A stretch of DNA of 32,000 nt from Zygophlyctis sp. KS116 (GCA_054661495.1 BAAFSQ010000044.1:23386-55385); one strand, 5' to 3'. Shown: positions 12,360-25,659, counted from the stretch's first letter. Program-made: numbers and translations. Notes: generated from the sequence alone by a model not told the origin.

Positions 12360-13803
12360 CTAGCTTTTTGAATTGAGATCATTTGTTAAATTTTGAATCC
12401 GGGCTTCTGGATCAACTATACTCCAGTATCTGGTTTTATCCAAACATAAAGAACAAAGTAGCCAATTTATGATGCCAAAGAGACCTCGGACAATATTTAG
12501 AGATTTCCATAAAAAGAAATCACCCTGAGCTGCATCCATTTTAGATTTGTCCGAATACCAGTTTGGCATCCCATAATCACCTCCAAAACGATCATCTGTG
12601 CCTGAACAGTAAAATTCATCATCTAATCCAACCAAAATAGAGTTTGATATAATAGAAATTAGACCGCATATAATAATTCCTAATTTAACCATGAAAACTA
12701 AAGTAAATGGTCTATGAGACACTGTTCTCCTCTCTCCTAAAACTATATCACATCCTGCCAATACAGCTAATGTTACAAAAAAATTGAAAATTAAAGACAT
12801 ATTTTGAGCATTTCTACTATAGTATGCATAGAATAAGTACACGGGATCATTAATTGTAACATCTCCCCCTATAAATGAAGAAAAAGAAGGAAGTATTATC
12901 AATGATAATAGACACAATCCTGCATAATAAGCCTGAAAAACATGAAGAAAGGAATGCCTATTAATTTGTAAGTTCTAATGGATCACCGATAACTAAATTA
13001 CCCTTGCAAGATTTAAATTTATTCTTTCCCAAGATTGCGTATCTATCAATTGCGGTATCCGCTCTTGATCACTGAATTTAATAAACTTTCCTCCATCTTG
13101 ATTTAGATTTCAGTAATTACCATCAATAAATTTAGCATCTGGTAAAGGCTGTATCTTATGAGGCATCTGAGCTCCTAAAACATCTGCAAAATCATATGAT
13201 TCTAAACTTAAATTCGACTCTTGCCTGACTGTATCTGCTGATTTTGGACGATTATTTTTCAAGTCTTCATTTGACAATATTATTACATCACCTATAATTT
13301 AAATCTAGTCATCTACCATCCGATGGAGATTGAACTTCAATTGCTTTATTCTTTAGACTGGGCCTTTTCTTCCTGTTTGATGATTTTCGGACGCGAGAAT
13401 TACTCTCTTCGACTTTAGCAGCTCCTATAGCATCAACCGACGCAGCCTTTTTTGTTACAATCGGAGGCGGCTTTGGCCTTGGAAACTCGGGATTAGATCT
13501 GAGAGAATTCGGGAAAGATGGTGGAGTTGGTGCGGTCATTATTGTAAATCGCGTCAATTCATATTCTTGATGATCAAGTGCAATCTTTGGACTACTATCA
13601 GAAAGTTCTAACAGAGATTCCAATAAGGATCATTATAAATAGACCAGTTATTTATTACCAGCAGTTCTTCCAGACTTGTCGGGACCAAGCCCAGAGCCTA
13701 AGATTCGCTCTTTCGCAGAGAGTTTAACTGATACACAAGGAGCTAAGCGCTTTGGGATGTCCTCGGCAGATAAGATGACTTTAGATGGACTTCGGGATAA
13801 CAT
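12360..13803 (-). CDS. TMEM237: Ciliary transition-zone protein TMEM237-like (5' end uncertain: ATG 13803 or 13539)
   Basis: Disordered basic N-terminus (RVRKSSNRKKR) spliced via introns 13292-13316 and two more near 13097-13120 and 12975-13001 to a 4-TM domain: FQAYYAGLCL...YYSRNAQ...LAVLAGCD...LWKSLNIVRGLFGIINWLL, resembling the TMEM237 C-terminal pattern. Confidence 0.65.
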
Positions 13804-16800
13804 TTCCTGGGAATGTAATATATTCAAAATGGTATTTTAGCTTTTACTGAGGTTAGAATGTTTGTAAAATACACTGGAGCAGACTTTTAGTTTCTTCAAT
13901 TGGGAAAATGAATGGATGGTCAATCGTTAAGCTCCCGCAAATAAAAGACGGAAATTTGGTTTGGTTTACAAAAAATCAAAATTATTTGCGGGATGCACTG
14001 CTCCCAGACAATCTGTTATCATATTATGAATTGTGGATATTTTCCCATGAACCGATCAATTATCAGAATGGTCATTTGATTGAATCAGATGAACTCTGTT
14101 TTGATAACTTGTACTCTTTTTTTCATGCTCCAATTGAAACTTGTGATCAAGTTTGGGATTGTTTTATGGATGCATTCTATCTCTCACTTTCTAGGTACGT
14201 GTATGATACTTGATTAAATTAGGGAATGGATAAAGGATGGAATTATTGGGTTGAAAAATGAGTTTTTAATATCATCAGATGCTTCAGTCTTGCTTTGTCC
14301 TTACATGATGTCTGATTGTCTCATAATACAAGCAAAAGTCCAAAGGAGAAAGGTAAAAAGTCTTAATGACAAAGCTTTAAGAAGTAAAGTTCCAGTTATA
14401 TTGGCCCCAATGGGTATCAAGGCGCTTTTAAGGTACTCTGATCCGGACAACTAACAAATATAGAGGAGATCAAGAAACGGAACAAAATGAACCTCTTTTA
14501 GAGGAGTTTTACAAGAATATTTTTGGTGATTTTGAAAGAATTTTGGGAGAGGAGAATATTCCAAAGTGGTTGGTTTGTCAGATTGGCTCAAAAATGTATA
14601 AATATCCGTCATGTCTGATACAATATTGTGGTTTAGAGGACTCGGCCTTGGAAATTCTTAATGATCAGGATCCATTATTGGATTTAAAAACTCGAGATTG
14701 TGATTTAAGATCCGATTTTGAGCCGCTGGATATTTTAAAGGAGACTGAAATTTTTGAATCTACTCAAATTGATGCTCCGCTTCGGGTTTCTGTAAATTCT
14801 GTTCAATCAGTAAAGGAAAATTCATTACAAGATTCGGCAAAAAGTGCTCATCTGTCTTCTTTTCCTTTGATTGAATCTAAAACCGATTTCTTTTATAATT
14901 CTGACACGATGCGCATGGATAATTTTGCCACTCTCAATTCAAATTTTGATATTTATATGTCAGAGTCTAAAACTAAAAAAATGGAGGAGGACAAGATGAT
15001 TGACTTAAATTTGGATGATGTTGCTGAAGACGATTTTGATTTCTTTGGAAATACTGGAACCAAGACAACAGTAACAAAACTGCAGGTAGCTGGCGGCTGT
15101 GTATTTTCTCCTTTTTCTACTGGATCAACACCAGACGTATGTTCTTTAGGAAACCCTTTCTCTCCTCATACTCCGGCTGCTATAAATAGTGTACCTGCTC
15201 ATCCATCTCCGATTTTAGAAAATGAAAAAAATGTGTCATCGGTTGACACGGCATTCAATGATGTATATGATCACTGCGTATCTAAAATCTTTTCCAGGAA
15301 GATTCTTGGTATTCAAGTCGAATCATCAATAGACATGATCCCATCCAAATGGCATCCCTTTAAATTTCAGAATGGGCAATTAGATATCTTTCAAAAGTAT
15401 GGCAGGGAAGAAAAATACTCATATGTGCCATTAAAATCATTTAATGTAGAGCGTGATAACTTTTCTGAGGATATGTCTGAAATGGGACATCCTGAAGACA
15501 CAATTGAAGAGGAAAAAATAGAATATTTCATGGTTGGTCATCCACTGGACCTGCTCTGGGATACCTCGTCTATAAAAGAATATGTTTCTGGGAAAATATT
15601 AAGGGATTTAATGGCTGATTATGGTGATATTCATTTCACGGCGCAATCTCTTGAATTCAAGAAGGAATTACATCAATCTTGTATCCGACTCTTCCCGTCA
15701 GATCCTGTTATACCGCAATCACTGGCAAAATATGTGATGGATTTTATTACAGCAAGATTGTCAAGTGCCCTTGAATTTGTGGGGGTTAGCGATCGACTTA
15801 AATTGCAGCATCATTTTGATTTGCAGGGTAATTTCTCATATTGTTTAACATTAGAAGCCGAAAAGTCGTCAAAGTATGGAAAATTTAAGAAGAAGAGGAA
15901 GATTGCAGATCCTATATTGGAGCCAATTTTTTTAAATATCATGGTCAACTATAACAATAAGATTGTTACTGCATCTCCTACAATTTTGGACCTTTGGGAT
16001 AATCTACTATTGCGTCCTGCATCTGGTCAGAAAGATACAATATGGTGGACTATTTCTCCTACCTCCCCACATGTTCAAAAAGCTGCTCATGACTGGAGCA
16101 TGAGTGCCGTAAAGGCATGGGAAGGATCGCGTTTGGGAGAAGCATATGCTCAGCCTACTATTTGTGCATCTAATGCAGATACCAAGGAAAATCACATCAC
16201 GGAAAACTACAAAGAATGCATCATTAAAAGCTATTTGAATGCATTAGATACTTTGGGTAAGAATGCCTTAAGCATAATGCGTAGTTGAAAAAGAAATAAG
16301 CTTTCTATATAGTGCTTCGGGATCGTTTTATAAAATGCATGTTTCAACCTTTACAATTATTTCAATATTCATCCCTAGTAATATTTTATCATATTCAGAT
16401 GGGTATCATCTATTTGGTTATTTTCTGCATAATTTGTCTAAAGGCGCAAATATTTCATTAAAAACCTTGAAGAGTATATATATCTACAACCCCTTGGATT
16501 CACTAAAACTGAAAAATAGTCAAAAAGACCCACAAACCATCAATTCCTCTATATTTTTAATTTATAGTCAATGTAGATCCAGGCCCGATTTCTCTTTTTC
16601 ACCATTATATAAGAAATGTAAATCAAACCCCTTTGAACCAACTTTCAGTTTAAACTGCTCAACTTTTGAACCTTCTAAACTCTATTCTAGCCGATCTCGA
16701 TATTTATTTGTAAGAATTCATAGTATGGATGATAATGATTTTATCTGTGTCTCGTGGATAGATTCTCTTTTTGAAGAATGCCATGATCCTCTAGTATTTT

Positions 16801-17387
16801 CTGAAAAGAGTCGATTAAAATTATTGGAAAAAGTCTGGTTAAAAACCATTTCATATCTTGATCCTGAATATGGATGGCATGTCGTAATAACTTACAATAA
16901 TCCTGTTAATCGGACAGAATTAAATAGTTGGAAAACTCTTTGGCATACATTTTATGATTACTGTAATAGTTCAAATGCATCTGAAGATTTAAACCTTTCA
17001 CCTTCTGTATCATCATACGCATCATCTGCATCAACTCCGGTCGAATCAAATTTTGAAATCCCATTGTCTCAAATTGACCAACTTTCAGTAATTACTGTTA
17101 ATTCAAATGATTTAATAATTTCCTCTACTCCTGACACCTGGCTAAATTGGTATAAGAACAATGTATCAGATTTAAAAAATGAAAATCCTTGTGGATGGAT
17201 CTACATGTCTAATCACCCTATTCCTGTTGGGTCTATTTTGCCTGTTTGTAGTGGATACATTCTTCCTAGTGGCGATCGTATTAATGTAATGATTGGCTGG
17301 GATATGAAGAAACGTCTGATACATTCATGTTTTGGGATTGGAGGACTCAAGTGGACTAGAGATCTGATTAGGGGAGGTTTTGTTTGA
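13775..17387 (+). CDS. MED13: Mediator CDK8-module subunit 13 (Ssn2/Srb9); 3' end uncertain
   Basis: First exon ATG 13775 + intron 13832-13856 gives ECNIFKMNVCKIHWS (Med13 N-terminal pattern); ELWIFS, VILAPMGIKA, DDVAEDDFDFF, MID-domain SPTILDLWDNLLLRPASGQKD, VSWIDSL. Confidence 0.85.
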
Positions 17388-17498
17388 TTTTGTGCCTAAT
17401 TCCCGGCGCTTTGAAAAAATGGAAAATTCTTTTGAATCATTTCCTAGTGAGTTTATCAATTCATCGTAAGTTGTTGACATTCTGAGACTAGACTATTA

Positions 17499-20400
17499 AT
17501 GGAGAATCCAGGACCAGACAATCTAGCTCCAATATCCAATGGAGCGGAAATGCCAGCGCAACTCCCACGGATTCACGAGCTATCAGAAACTTCAAAACAG
17601 CTCAATGTCAAGGATGCAGTCAGTTATCTGGATCAAGTCAAGCAAAAGTTTCATGATCAACCAGAAATTTACAATAGATTTTTAGACATCATGAAGGACT
17701 TTAAGGCTCAGACGTAAGTCTTTTAAACTAAAATCAGAATATCTACTCCTGGTGTTATTGATAGAGTATCTGCTATTTTTAGGGGACATCCAAGTTTAAT
17801 TATGGGATTTAATACTTTTCTTCCTGCTGGTTATCGAATTGAACCTACAGATAATCCAGAAGAACCTATTGCAGTATATACTCCTCATGATCAGGTTGGT
17901 TTTTATAATACTCCTAATGTTTTCAATGGGAATTTACCTTCAATGTCACAATTGCCAGGGTTTAAATATGGGACTGATGAGTCATCAGGGCCAGTAGCAT
18001 TACCTCCGATAAACTCTATAGCAAGACATGCAGGAGTTGCAAGTGTACCAAGTCAAAATTTGGGAGTTGGGGCAGTTTTACCAGGCTCTATACCAATTTC
18101 AGGATCTGTACCTTTATCAATTCCAGGAATAGTTCCTCTTTCTGCTACGAATGGTGGGAAACTACTGGCTCATGCTTTTCCTCAAGAAGAGGTTGAAGAG
18201 GCTCAGCCTTCTCGTCCAATCATTCATCCTCCTGAACATAGAGCGCCGGTAGAGTTTAATCAGGCTATCAATTATGTGAATAAGATTAAAGTAAACTGAT
18301 TAATGAATTTATTTTATAGAATAGATTTGCCTCTGAACCAGAAATTTACAAGAAATTTTTGGAAATTTTACAAACTTACCAAAAGGAGCAGAAGCCTATT
18401 CAAGAAGTAATTCATAATCAATACTTAATCTTAGGTTTATGCCCAAGTTCAGATACTCTTTAATGGTGCACAGGACTTATTACAGGAATTTAAACATTTC
18501 TTACCAGATCCAGCTGCTGGAGGGAGAATAGGATATTCTAGAGCAAATGTGGTATTTTAAATTCCAAAATTTAATATTAGGCGGCATCTCGTCGTGGGAA
18601 AAGACCAATTACTAACGCTCATACTTCTGCCTACGGAATGGCTCGAAAGAGAGCTCGAACTGCTCCTTTCAAGCCAATTCCTAATGCTGAATTGGATAAA
18701 TCAGGAACATTGGAGGAATTGGAATTTTTTGAAAAATGTAAAAGGATTATGGGAAATAAGACTACTTATAACGAATTTCTAAAAGTCTTGAATTTATTCA
18801 GTCAGGAACTGATGGATGCAAAGACGCTGGTTGATCGGGTGGAACCGTTCTTGGTAAAAGCTCCTGAATTATTTGACTGGTTCAAAAAGTTTGTTAGATT
18901 CGAAGAAGAAGATGTTATATGTATTGTTTATTTTATTGATAATATTAGATAATGTTCCAGCCGAGAGACCGGAAATCGATTACAAAACCTGCCGCAAAAG
19001 CGGTCATAGTTATCGGCAACTACCTTTAACGGTATTTTTGAAATTATTTACTCTAGATTCCTCGCCCTGTTTGCAGCGGGAGGGATGATTTAGCAAAAGA
19101 AGTTTTAAATGATGATTGGATTTCTCACCCAGTTTATTTATCGGAAACAGGATTTGTTGCTCACAAAAAAACTCAGTATGAAGAGGCAATGTATAAATGT
19201 GAGGAAGAACGATACGAATTTGATTTGAATATTGAAGCTAATCTTGATACGATAGCACTATTAGAACCTTGGATGAAGAAGCTAGACGCCATGAGCATTG
19301 AGGAAAAAGCGAAATTCAGGCTCCCTAGGGATCTTGGCGGTATTTTAAATGTTTATAATTTCAGGATTTTCTACATCTATTTTCCAACGTATGATCAAGA
19401 AGGTCTATGACAGAGAACGAGGTCTGGAAGTTATCGAGGCCGTATTTAACAATCCCGCCATTGCTTTACCTATTGTTATGAAAAGATTGAAGCAAAAGGA
19501 TGAGGAATGGAAGCGATCACAGGTATATTTATATCGTCTGATTATTTAGCGCGAATGGAGCAAAATCTGGCGTGAAATCGACTCTAAGAATTTTGCAAAG
19601 TCTTTAGACCACCAGGGAATACTTTTCAAAACAACCGATCGTAAAGCCATGAACTCTAAATCTTTGATGATTGAAATTGAAACTTTATATCGGGAACAGC
19701 GTGAACGATACAATCGCCGACCTGGTGCACCTCAAGCGCCCACTACCAGATATCAACTTGATTTTGCTTTTAAAAATTTGGACATATTCGAAGATGTGAA
19801 TAAGGCACTGATCACGTTTATGACTGCGAACTTAGGACTTAATAGTGCAGATGATGCCGGCTTTAAGAATTTTTTGAAAACTTTTGTCAATAGGTTTTTC
19901 TTTTTTGAAGAGAAGGCTTCAAAATCAATCCTGCCTGAAAACGAAGCGAATGGTGGAACAACAGCTGCAAAAGACGTGATTATGGCCGATGTTACCACAA
20001 ATTCTAAAATAGAAGGATCGTCTGACCAACGTAAATCATATTCCTTCTATGCCAATACCAATTTTTATGTTTTTTTCCGTTTATACCAGGTTTGCATTAT
20101 ATTTTCTAATATTTAGATGCTATATGCCCGACTGCTCAAGATGAAAGAATTATCGGATGAATTGTCTGAAAAACCTCCTAGTGCTGTTTCTGTAAATCCT
20201 GTAGCTGCTGAGCTGGGCTTACAAAACGAATCACGTAAGATTCATTAATAATAATAATCCAGTCCCCGCGTTTGTAGAAAGCGATCGATACGCTGAACTT
20301 TTCAAAAATACTTTAGCAGTCATCTCCAATGAAATGGATCCCACGGATTATGAAGATAAATCTAGAAATATGTTTGGTATTTCTGCATATTTGGTTTTCA

Positions 20401-21178
20401 CTATTGATAAACTGCTGCAAACACTAGCAAAACAAGTAATTTCGTTTTTTTAAAACCCAGATTCACTCTATCATTACGGATGCTAAAAGTCTGGATCTAT
20501 TAAACTTATACAAGAAAGATGCCGAAAAGAAAGACACCAGTTCACGCCAGGAAGCAGTTTTCAGATTATCAGCCGAATCATTAATGCAAGATGAAAATAT
20601 GATACGCCTTGAATTTGTAATTCTAATACTAAATTTAACAATAGTTTACTTCAGAAAGAGTCTTGACGATTCAGCTTTTAGGGAAAGAAGATCATATTTC
20701 AGAAGCGACTCTAACAGCTGACGAGAAATGGTCATTTTATGTGGATCAATTTTTACAACTTTCCACCAACGAACCTCTCAGTGGCAACCAACGTGAACCT
20801 TTTCTTAAACGCAATCTTCCTTTAAATGTAAATCGTGAATCACCAGAAAACGTTGAAACACGATCTGGGCTGGAACTTAAAATCTGTATGGATACTTATA
20901 AAATCTTTTTTGTGGAGAATACTGAAGATTATTTCTACCGAAAGCACAATTCTGGAGACACTTTTTCCCTAGACTCTTATAATCACTTGTTGGCAAAGGA
21001 TAAAAAACAGCGTTTTACCAAATTCCGAAATTGGCTTGAAAGTGCTGAAACAGGATGGAAGACTAATTTACCAGATCCAGTCAGTGCCCAAGATCAATTT
21101 GAAAGATTGAAGGAATCAGGAACCTGGGATGTTCATAGTGGAGTTGATGAATCGTTTAGGAAATTGCGTGTGAGATAA
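17499..21178 (+). CDS. SIN3: Sin3 histone-deacetylase corepressor scaffold
   Basis: PAH1 ([10 protein letters not shown]...[12 protein letters not shown]), PAH2 ([14 protein letters not shown]), PAH3 ([13 protein letters not shown]), HID ([45 protein letters not shown]), Sin3a_C (FTIDKL); more than 10 tiny introns. Confidence 0.97.
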
Positions 21179-21193
21179 TTTTTTGGGAATATA

Positions 21194-21782
21194 ATGCGCA
21201 GAATTGAGCCGATTGGTCCTGAGATTCCAGTTTCTCCATATCCACTTTTACTCTGTGGTGCAGTGTCTAAAGGATTTGGCAGAGGAAGCAAAGATTTGGG
21301 AATCCCAACTGGTACATTTACTAATTGCTGACCATAGCAAATCTACCAGAGACTGTCGCCACTTATGCAGGCGAAAAACTTGAAACCGGTATTTACTATG
21401 GATGGGCATCTGTTGGATCCCAAGAGTTTGTTTGGCCCGCCGTTATGTCATTTGGTTGGAATCCTTATTATAAAAATGAAAAACGATCAGCAGTATGATG
21501 AATTTATTAATACTTAGGAAGTGCATATTATGCACAAGTTTGAAAATGATTTCTATGGAGAGGAACTAAGAATGATGGTTGTTGGTTATTTGAGGGACGA
21601 ACAAAACTATCCTAGTTTAGGTATTTATTAAATAGTAAATCATAGATGCATTAATTGCAGATATTAATTTAGACAAAGCAATTGCAACTATTTCATTGAA
21701 CAGATCGTTCTATATCGGTAGGATTTTTCTAAATCTAAATAAAGGGCTCAAGGATGATCCGCAACTCTTACACTCTAAATAG
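21194..21782 (+). CDS. FMN1: Riboflavin kinase (absent from ORF track)
   Basis: Introns 21312-21337, 21493-21517, 21621-21645, 21718-21744 give [10 protein letters not shown]...[17 protein letters not shown]...GIYYGWA...[30 protein letters not shown]...[10 protein letters not shown]...[10 protein letters not shown]. Confidence 0.95.
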
Positions 21783-22347
21783 ATGTATAGAATAATTATC
21801 TTAAATTATAGTTTTGAGAACAAGTGCTATATCTAAAGCATCGGTCCCCAATTTCACTCCATTGGCTGAAAACACTAGAGCTATTGAATTACTAAAATCA
21901 GGAAATGAATTATGGGAATCTTCAAAGATCAATGATGCAATAACCAAATATAAAGAATCCATTTCTATTCATCCTTCTGGCGATGCTTATTATAATTTGG
22001 GAAACTGTTTTTACTGTTTGGGAGAGATTGAAAATGCTAAAGAGAGTTGGGAGTCTTCTTTAAAATTAGATTTAGCTCGATCTGATGCCCATGTTAATTT
22101 AGCAAATGTTTATGCTTTAAACTTGAAAGATTTTGAAAATGCGAATACTCATTATGAAGCTGCTTTAAGATTAAATGGTGAAGATGGTCAAATTCATTAT
22201 AATTATGCAGTAGTTTTAGATGCACAGGGGAATTTAGAAAAATGTATTCAACACTATCAGAAGGCTCGAAAACTAGGAGTACCAGTAGATAAAAATCTAA
22301 GAAACGCAATGGCGAAATTAATAGGGAAAGAAGCCAAAAAAGATTAA
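21754..22347 (+). CDS. Small TPR-repeat protein with probable mitochondrial presequence
   Basis: ATG 21754 + intron 21785-21811 gives [21 protein letters not shown] (Arg/Ser-rich, no acidic residues), followed by about 4 TPRs (AYYNLGNCF, AHVNLANVY, IHYNYAVVL). Confidence 0.8.
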
Positions 22348-22871
22348 TGATTCCATTTCGGTACTTTTGTGTAGTCTAGTTCCTCTAGATCATTCCAGTC
22401 AGAGGTTGTCATTTGGTCCAAGTACTCTTTAGCATTAACAAATGTGACTGCGGGAGGATTTTCTTGAGATGTTACTGATGAATCCTTTGATTCGGATTTA
22501 GATCGTTCAGATTTAGATGATGTAGATTTAGACGATGCAGATTTAAAAGGTACAAAATCTTTAGAACCGTTCTTGCTATTCTTTCTAAATGATTGTTTAG
22601 ATTTTGGCGGATGAGTCCGCTCTGCAGGATTTTGATCTTTTCCTAATTTTGGTTTGGCAGGGAGTTTGAATGATGATTCATCTGCAACTTCCCATGCATG
22701 AATTACTTTTTTATTTTCCTCCTTTTCCCATGCATGGACAACTTTATCTTTTTTAATTTCCAACTTTACATCTAGTCTAGACTTTGTAATAATAGTCTCT
22801 GGCTGAGAATACTCTTCTCTCCTAGGCGGAGGAACATATATTTGTCTTTCCTTTTTACTCTTTTCCGGCAT
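22344..22871 (-). CDS. Hypothetical low-complexity K/S/E-rich protein
   Basis: Intronless 175-aa ORF; YVPPPRR, duplicated K(V/I)xHAWE motif, C-terminal DWNDLEELDY..P.W. Confidence 0.65.
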   Translation of the reverse strand: MPEKSKKERQIYVPPPRREEYSQPETIITKSRLDVKLEIKKDKVVHAWEKEENKKVIHAWEVADESSFKLPAKPKLGKDQNPAERTHPPKSKQSFRKNSKNGSKDFVPFKSASSKSTSSKSERSKSESKDSSVTSQENPPAVTFVNAKEYLDQMTTSDWNDLEELDYTKVPKWNH

Positions 22872-22912
22872 TTATGAATTACGGAACCTCAAAACTCGGA
22901 GAAATTTTTAAG

Positions 22913-24323
22913 TTAATGATGATCAAAGGTTTCTAAATGTACATCAGCCTTGAAAACTTTTGGATGTGATGCTAGTCTCATTTTGACTTTACGAGCAGTT
23001 TCTTGAGCATCTTTGAGTAAAATATGATCGTCTGTTAGAATTATATCCAGTACAACTTCTATTCCTTCCTTGCGATAATGAAATGTAGAATGTGATATTT
23101 TCTTGACATCATTTCTACTTTCTTGTAAAGCCCAATCTATAATCTCTTTTTCGATTTCAGATGTTGGATGGGTAGAGACTATTGCTTCATCATGATTATG
23201 TTGTTCACTATCAACATGAACAATTACCTAATAATAAATTCTTATTTCTTACTTCTGATACACCTTCAACTTGAGTTAAGAGAGCGTGGCGACAATTTTC
23301 AGCCAATTGATGCGCATGAGATACAGAGATGTTGGGGTTTACAACTAATTGTAAATCAACTATATTTTCTTTATAAAAATTAGAAAAATACCATGAATAA
23401 AAGGACCCATTTTTCTTCCACGAACAGAATGAAATCCATGAATGTTTTTATCAATCTTGATTCTTCCTAGAGCTTCATTTACATTTTTTAAAGTCATATC
23501 AGGAACTGCAATATCCATAAGCTCTTTAAAAGCTGGTATACCAGAATCTATTCCCATTTTTAAAATCATTATAGAGACGACTAGTCCACCTACAGGGTCT
23601 AAAAGAGGATAACCTAGAGCTACAAATTACATAAATTATATTACTTGCACCTGCAACTCCAGCTAATGCTACAATAGAAGAATAAACATCTGATCTATGA
23701 TGATATGCATTAGCTATAAGAACGCTTGATTGTGTTTTTTTACCAACTTTTAAAGTTATCCTATAAAGCCATTCTTTGACTCCAATTGACCCAACTAGTA
23801 AAACCGCAGCCCAAGGAGACATTATAAATGATTCTAAAGTGATTTCACTTATACCATTTCCCTGTAAAATTTCTTGAAATTGATGAAATGAATGGCCAGC
23901 CATACCAATTGATCCTCCAACCAATAACAAAGACACGCCAAGCCCACCCAAAGGTTCCATTTTTCCATAACCATAAGGATAAGATTTATCTGCTTTTCTA
24001 TTCCTTGCAGTTTTGTATGCTGCTAATGTTATAAAATCCGAAAGCAAATCTCCTAGAGAATGCAATGCCTCTGCCATGAGAGAAGATGAATTATATAAGA
24101 CGCCCCCAGTCCCTTTAATCATTGTTAAGCCAATGTTTGAGAAAAGTCCTAAAATTGTTACTCTGGTTCCCTCTTTTGAAGAATCGGTTTGATGATGGTG
24201 GTGGTGGTGATGATGAGTACCATGCCATCGCTTAGACAATACAAGGCTATACGAGAGAGAATTGTAGTTTGATCTAACAAGCGGGAATAAACTGATAGAC
24301 TTTCTAAAGGTTTGCCGAATCAT
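22913..24323 (-). CDS. Mitochondrial cation diffusion facilitator (Mmt1/Mmt2-like)
   Basis: Presequence MIRQTFRKS...SKRWHGTHHHHHHH; EALHSLGD, YPYGYGKME, KEWLYR, ANAYHHRSD, RGRKMGP; last exon ends ADVHLETFDHH* (22913). Confidence 0.9.
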
Positions 24324-24359
24324 TCCGTCCGTTTGCGGAACTTAACCTACGGGAATTGA

Positions 24360-25659
24360 ATGGAACTTGTCGGCCTTGTCTTTATACACCGACATGGTAT
24401 TTAATAACTATTAAATCAAAGGGCAGAGAACTCCTGTTTATCCAAACTATTCGCAGCACATTTATCCTTATCTTTGGCAAGATTGTCATAAAACGCCAAT
24501 GCTACATGATTTTTATCAGTCAATAGAGCATTTCTCTAGAATAAATCCAGGTTATTATCACTCATAATATCTTAGAAAGTGAAACGCCACCAACGCTCAA
24601 TATACAGAATGCTCAAGAGTCATTTAAGCATGTGGAAACGGCAAAATCATTGACGGCATTGTTACCCGGATATTGTTTTTACGGTCAACTTACTGATACA
24701 GGAAAAAGGAATATGATGGCTTTGGGTATGTTGATTTTAGTTCACATTAGGCTCTAGACTTAGATTTCAATATATCACACGTTTAAAGTTGTTGGGTGAA
24801 TCTCTGGATCCACAAAATCTTTATATTAGATCTACAGATTACTCTAGAACAATTGAAAGTGTTCAGTATCTTTTAGGAGGATTATATCCAGTAAAATATA
24901 GAAAAACGGGTCAAGATCTCTTTATCCATGTACGTGATTATCAAGATGAAACCATGATACCTCATACTAATTGTCCATCACTGTTGGCTGATACTTTAAA
25001 GGCCAAGAATGCATTACATAGTGCAGTCTATGAAGAAGCTATAAGAGCATATGAAGGAATCAAGCATTTGGGTAATTCTTTAAATCTAAAAATCAGGAAT
25101 TCCAGATGCAAATATTGAAAATAAGAAATCAATTCATAGAGTCTATGACTTTTTAGCATGTTTAAAAGGACACGGAATCTTGTATCCTTTTAATATAACA
25201 AAGAAGAATCTCTTGGATTTTGAACAACTCTGTGTCAAAACGTGGTGTAACATTTATCAAGATACTAGCATGGCAAGAAGAGCTATTGGTAGATTTTTAC
25301 CAGAGATTAAAGAGAAAATCCTGGAAATCATTTCAGGTCCTAATCTAAAACTGGCTATATTTTCTGGACATGATTCAACAATCTCCCCATTACTCTGTGC
25401 ATTTAAAGTATTTGATGGCTCTTATCCTGATTTTGCCTCAAATATTACATTTGAAATTTATTCTGGTATAGATTCACATTATATAAAGATGCTTTATAAT
25501 GGAAATGCCTTGAAAATACCAAGTTGCTCACCTGTTCCTGGTAATGACCACTTGTGTACATTACAAGATTTTGTTTCACACATGGATAAACTTACACCCA
25601 CCGATTACGAGCAGGAATGCAAATGTGACCAAATAATAAATCCTGATTGGGATGATTAG
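24360..25659 (+). CDS. Histidine acid phosphatase (branch 2; ACP6-like)
   Basis: MELVGLVFIHRH|GQRTP (RHGxRxP across a tiny intron), GQLTDTG, RSTDYSRTIES, FSGHDSTI, PDFASNITFEIY. Confidence 0.92.

Noticed and set aside
13775-21178. MED13-SIN3 adjacency as a co-repressor cluster; MED13 PIWI-like module as a novel Argonaute system
   Set aside because: Adjacency is plausible by chance, and the Argonaute-like fold is a known property of ordinary MED13.
24191-24223. Poly-His tract as a cloning tag
   Set aside because: His-rich N-termini are normal for Mmt1/2-type CDF transporters.
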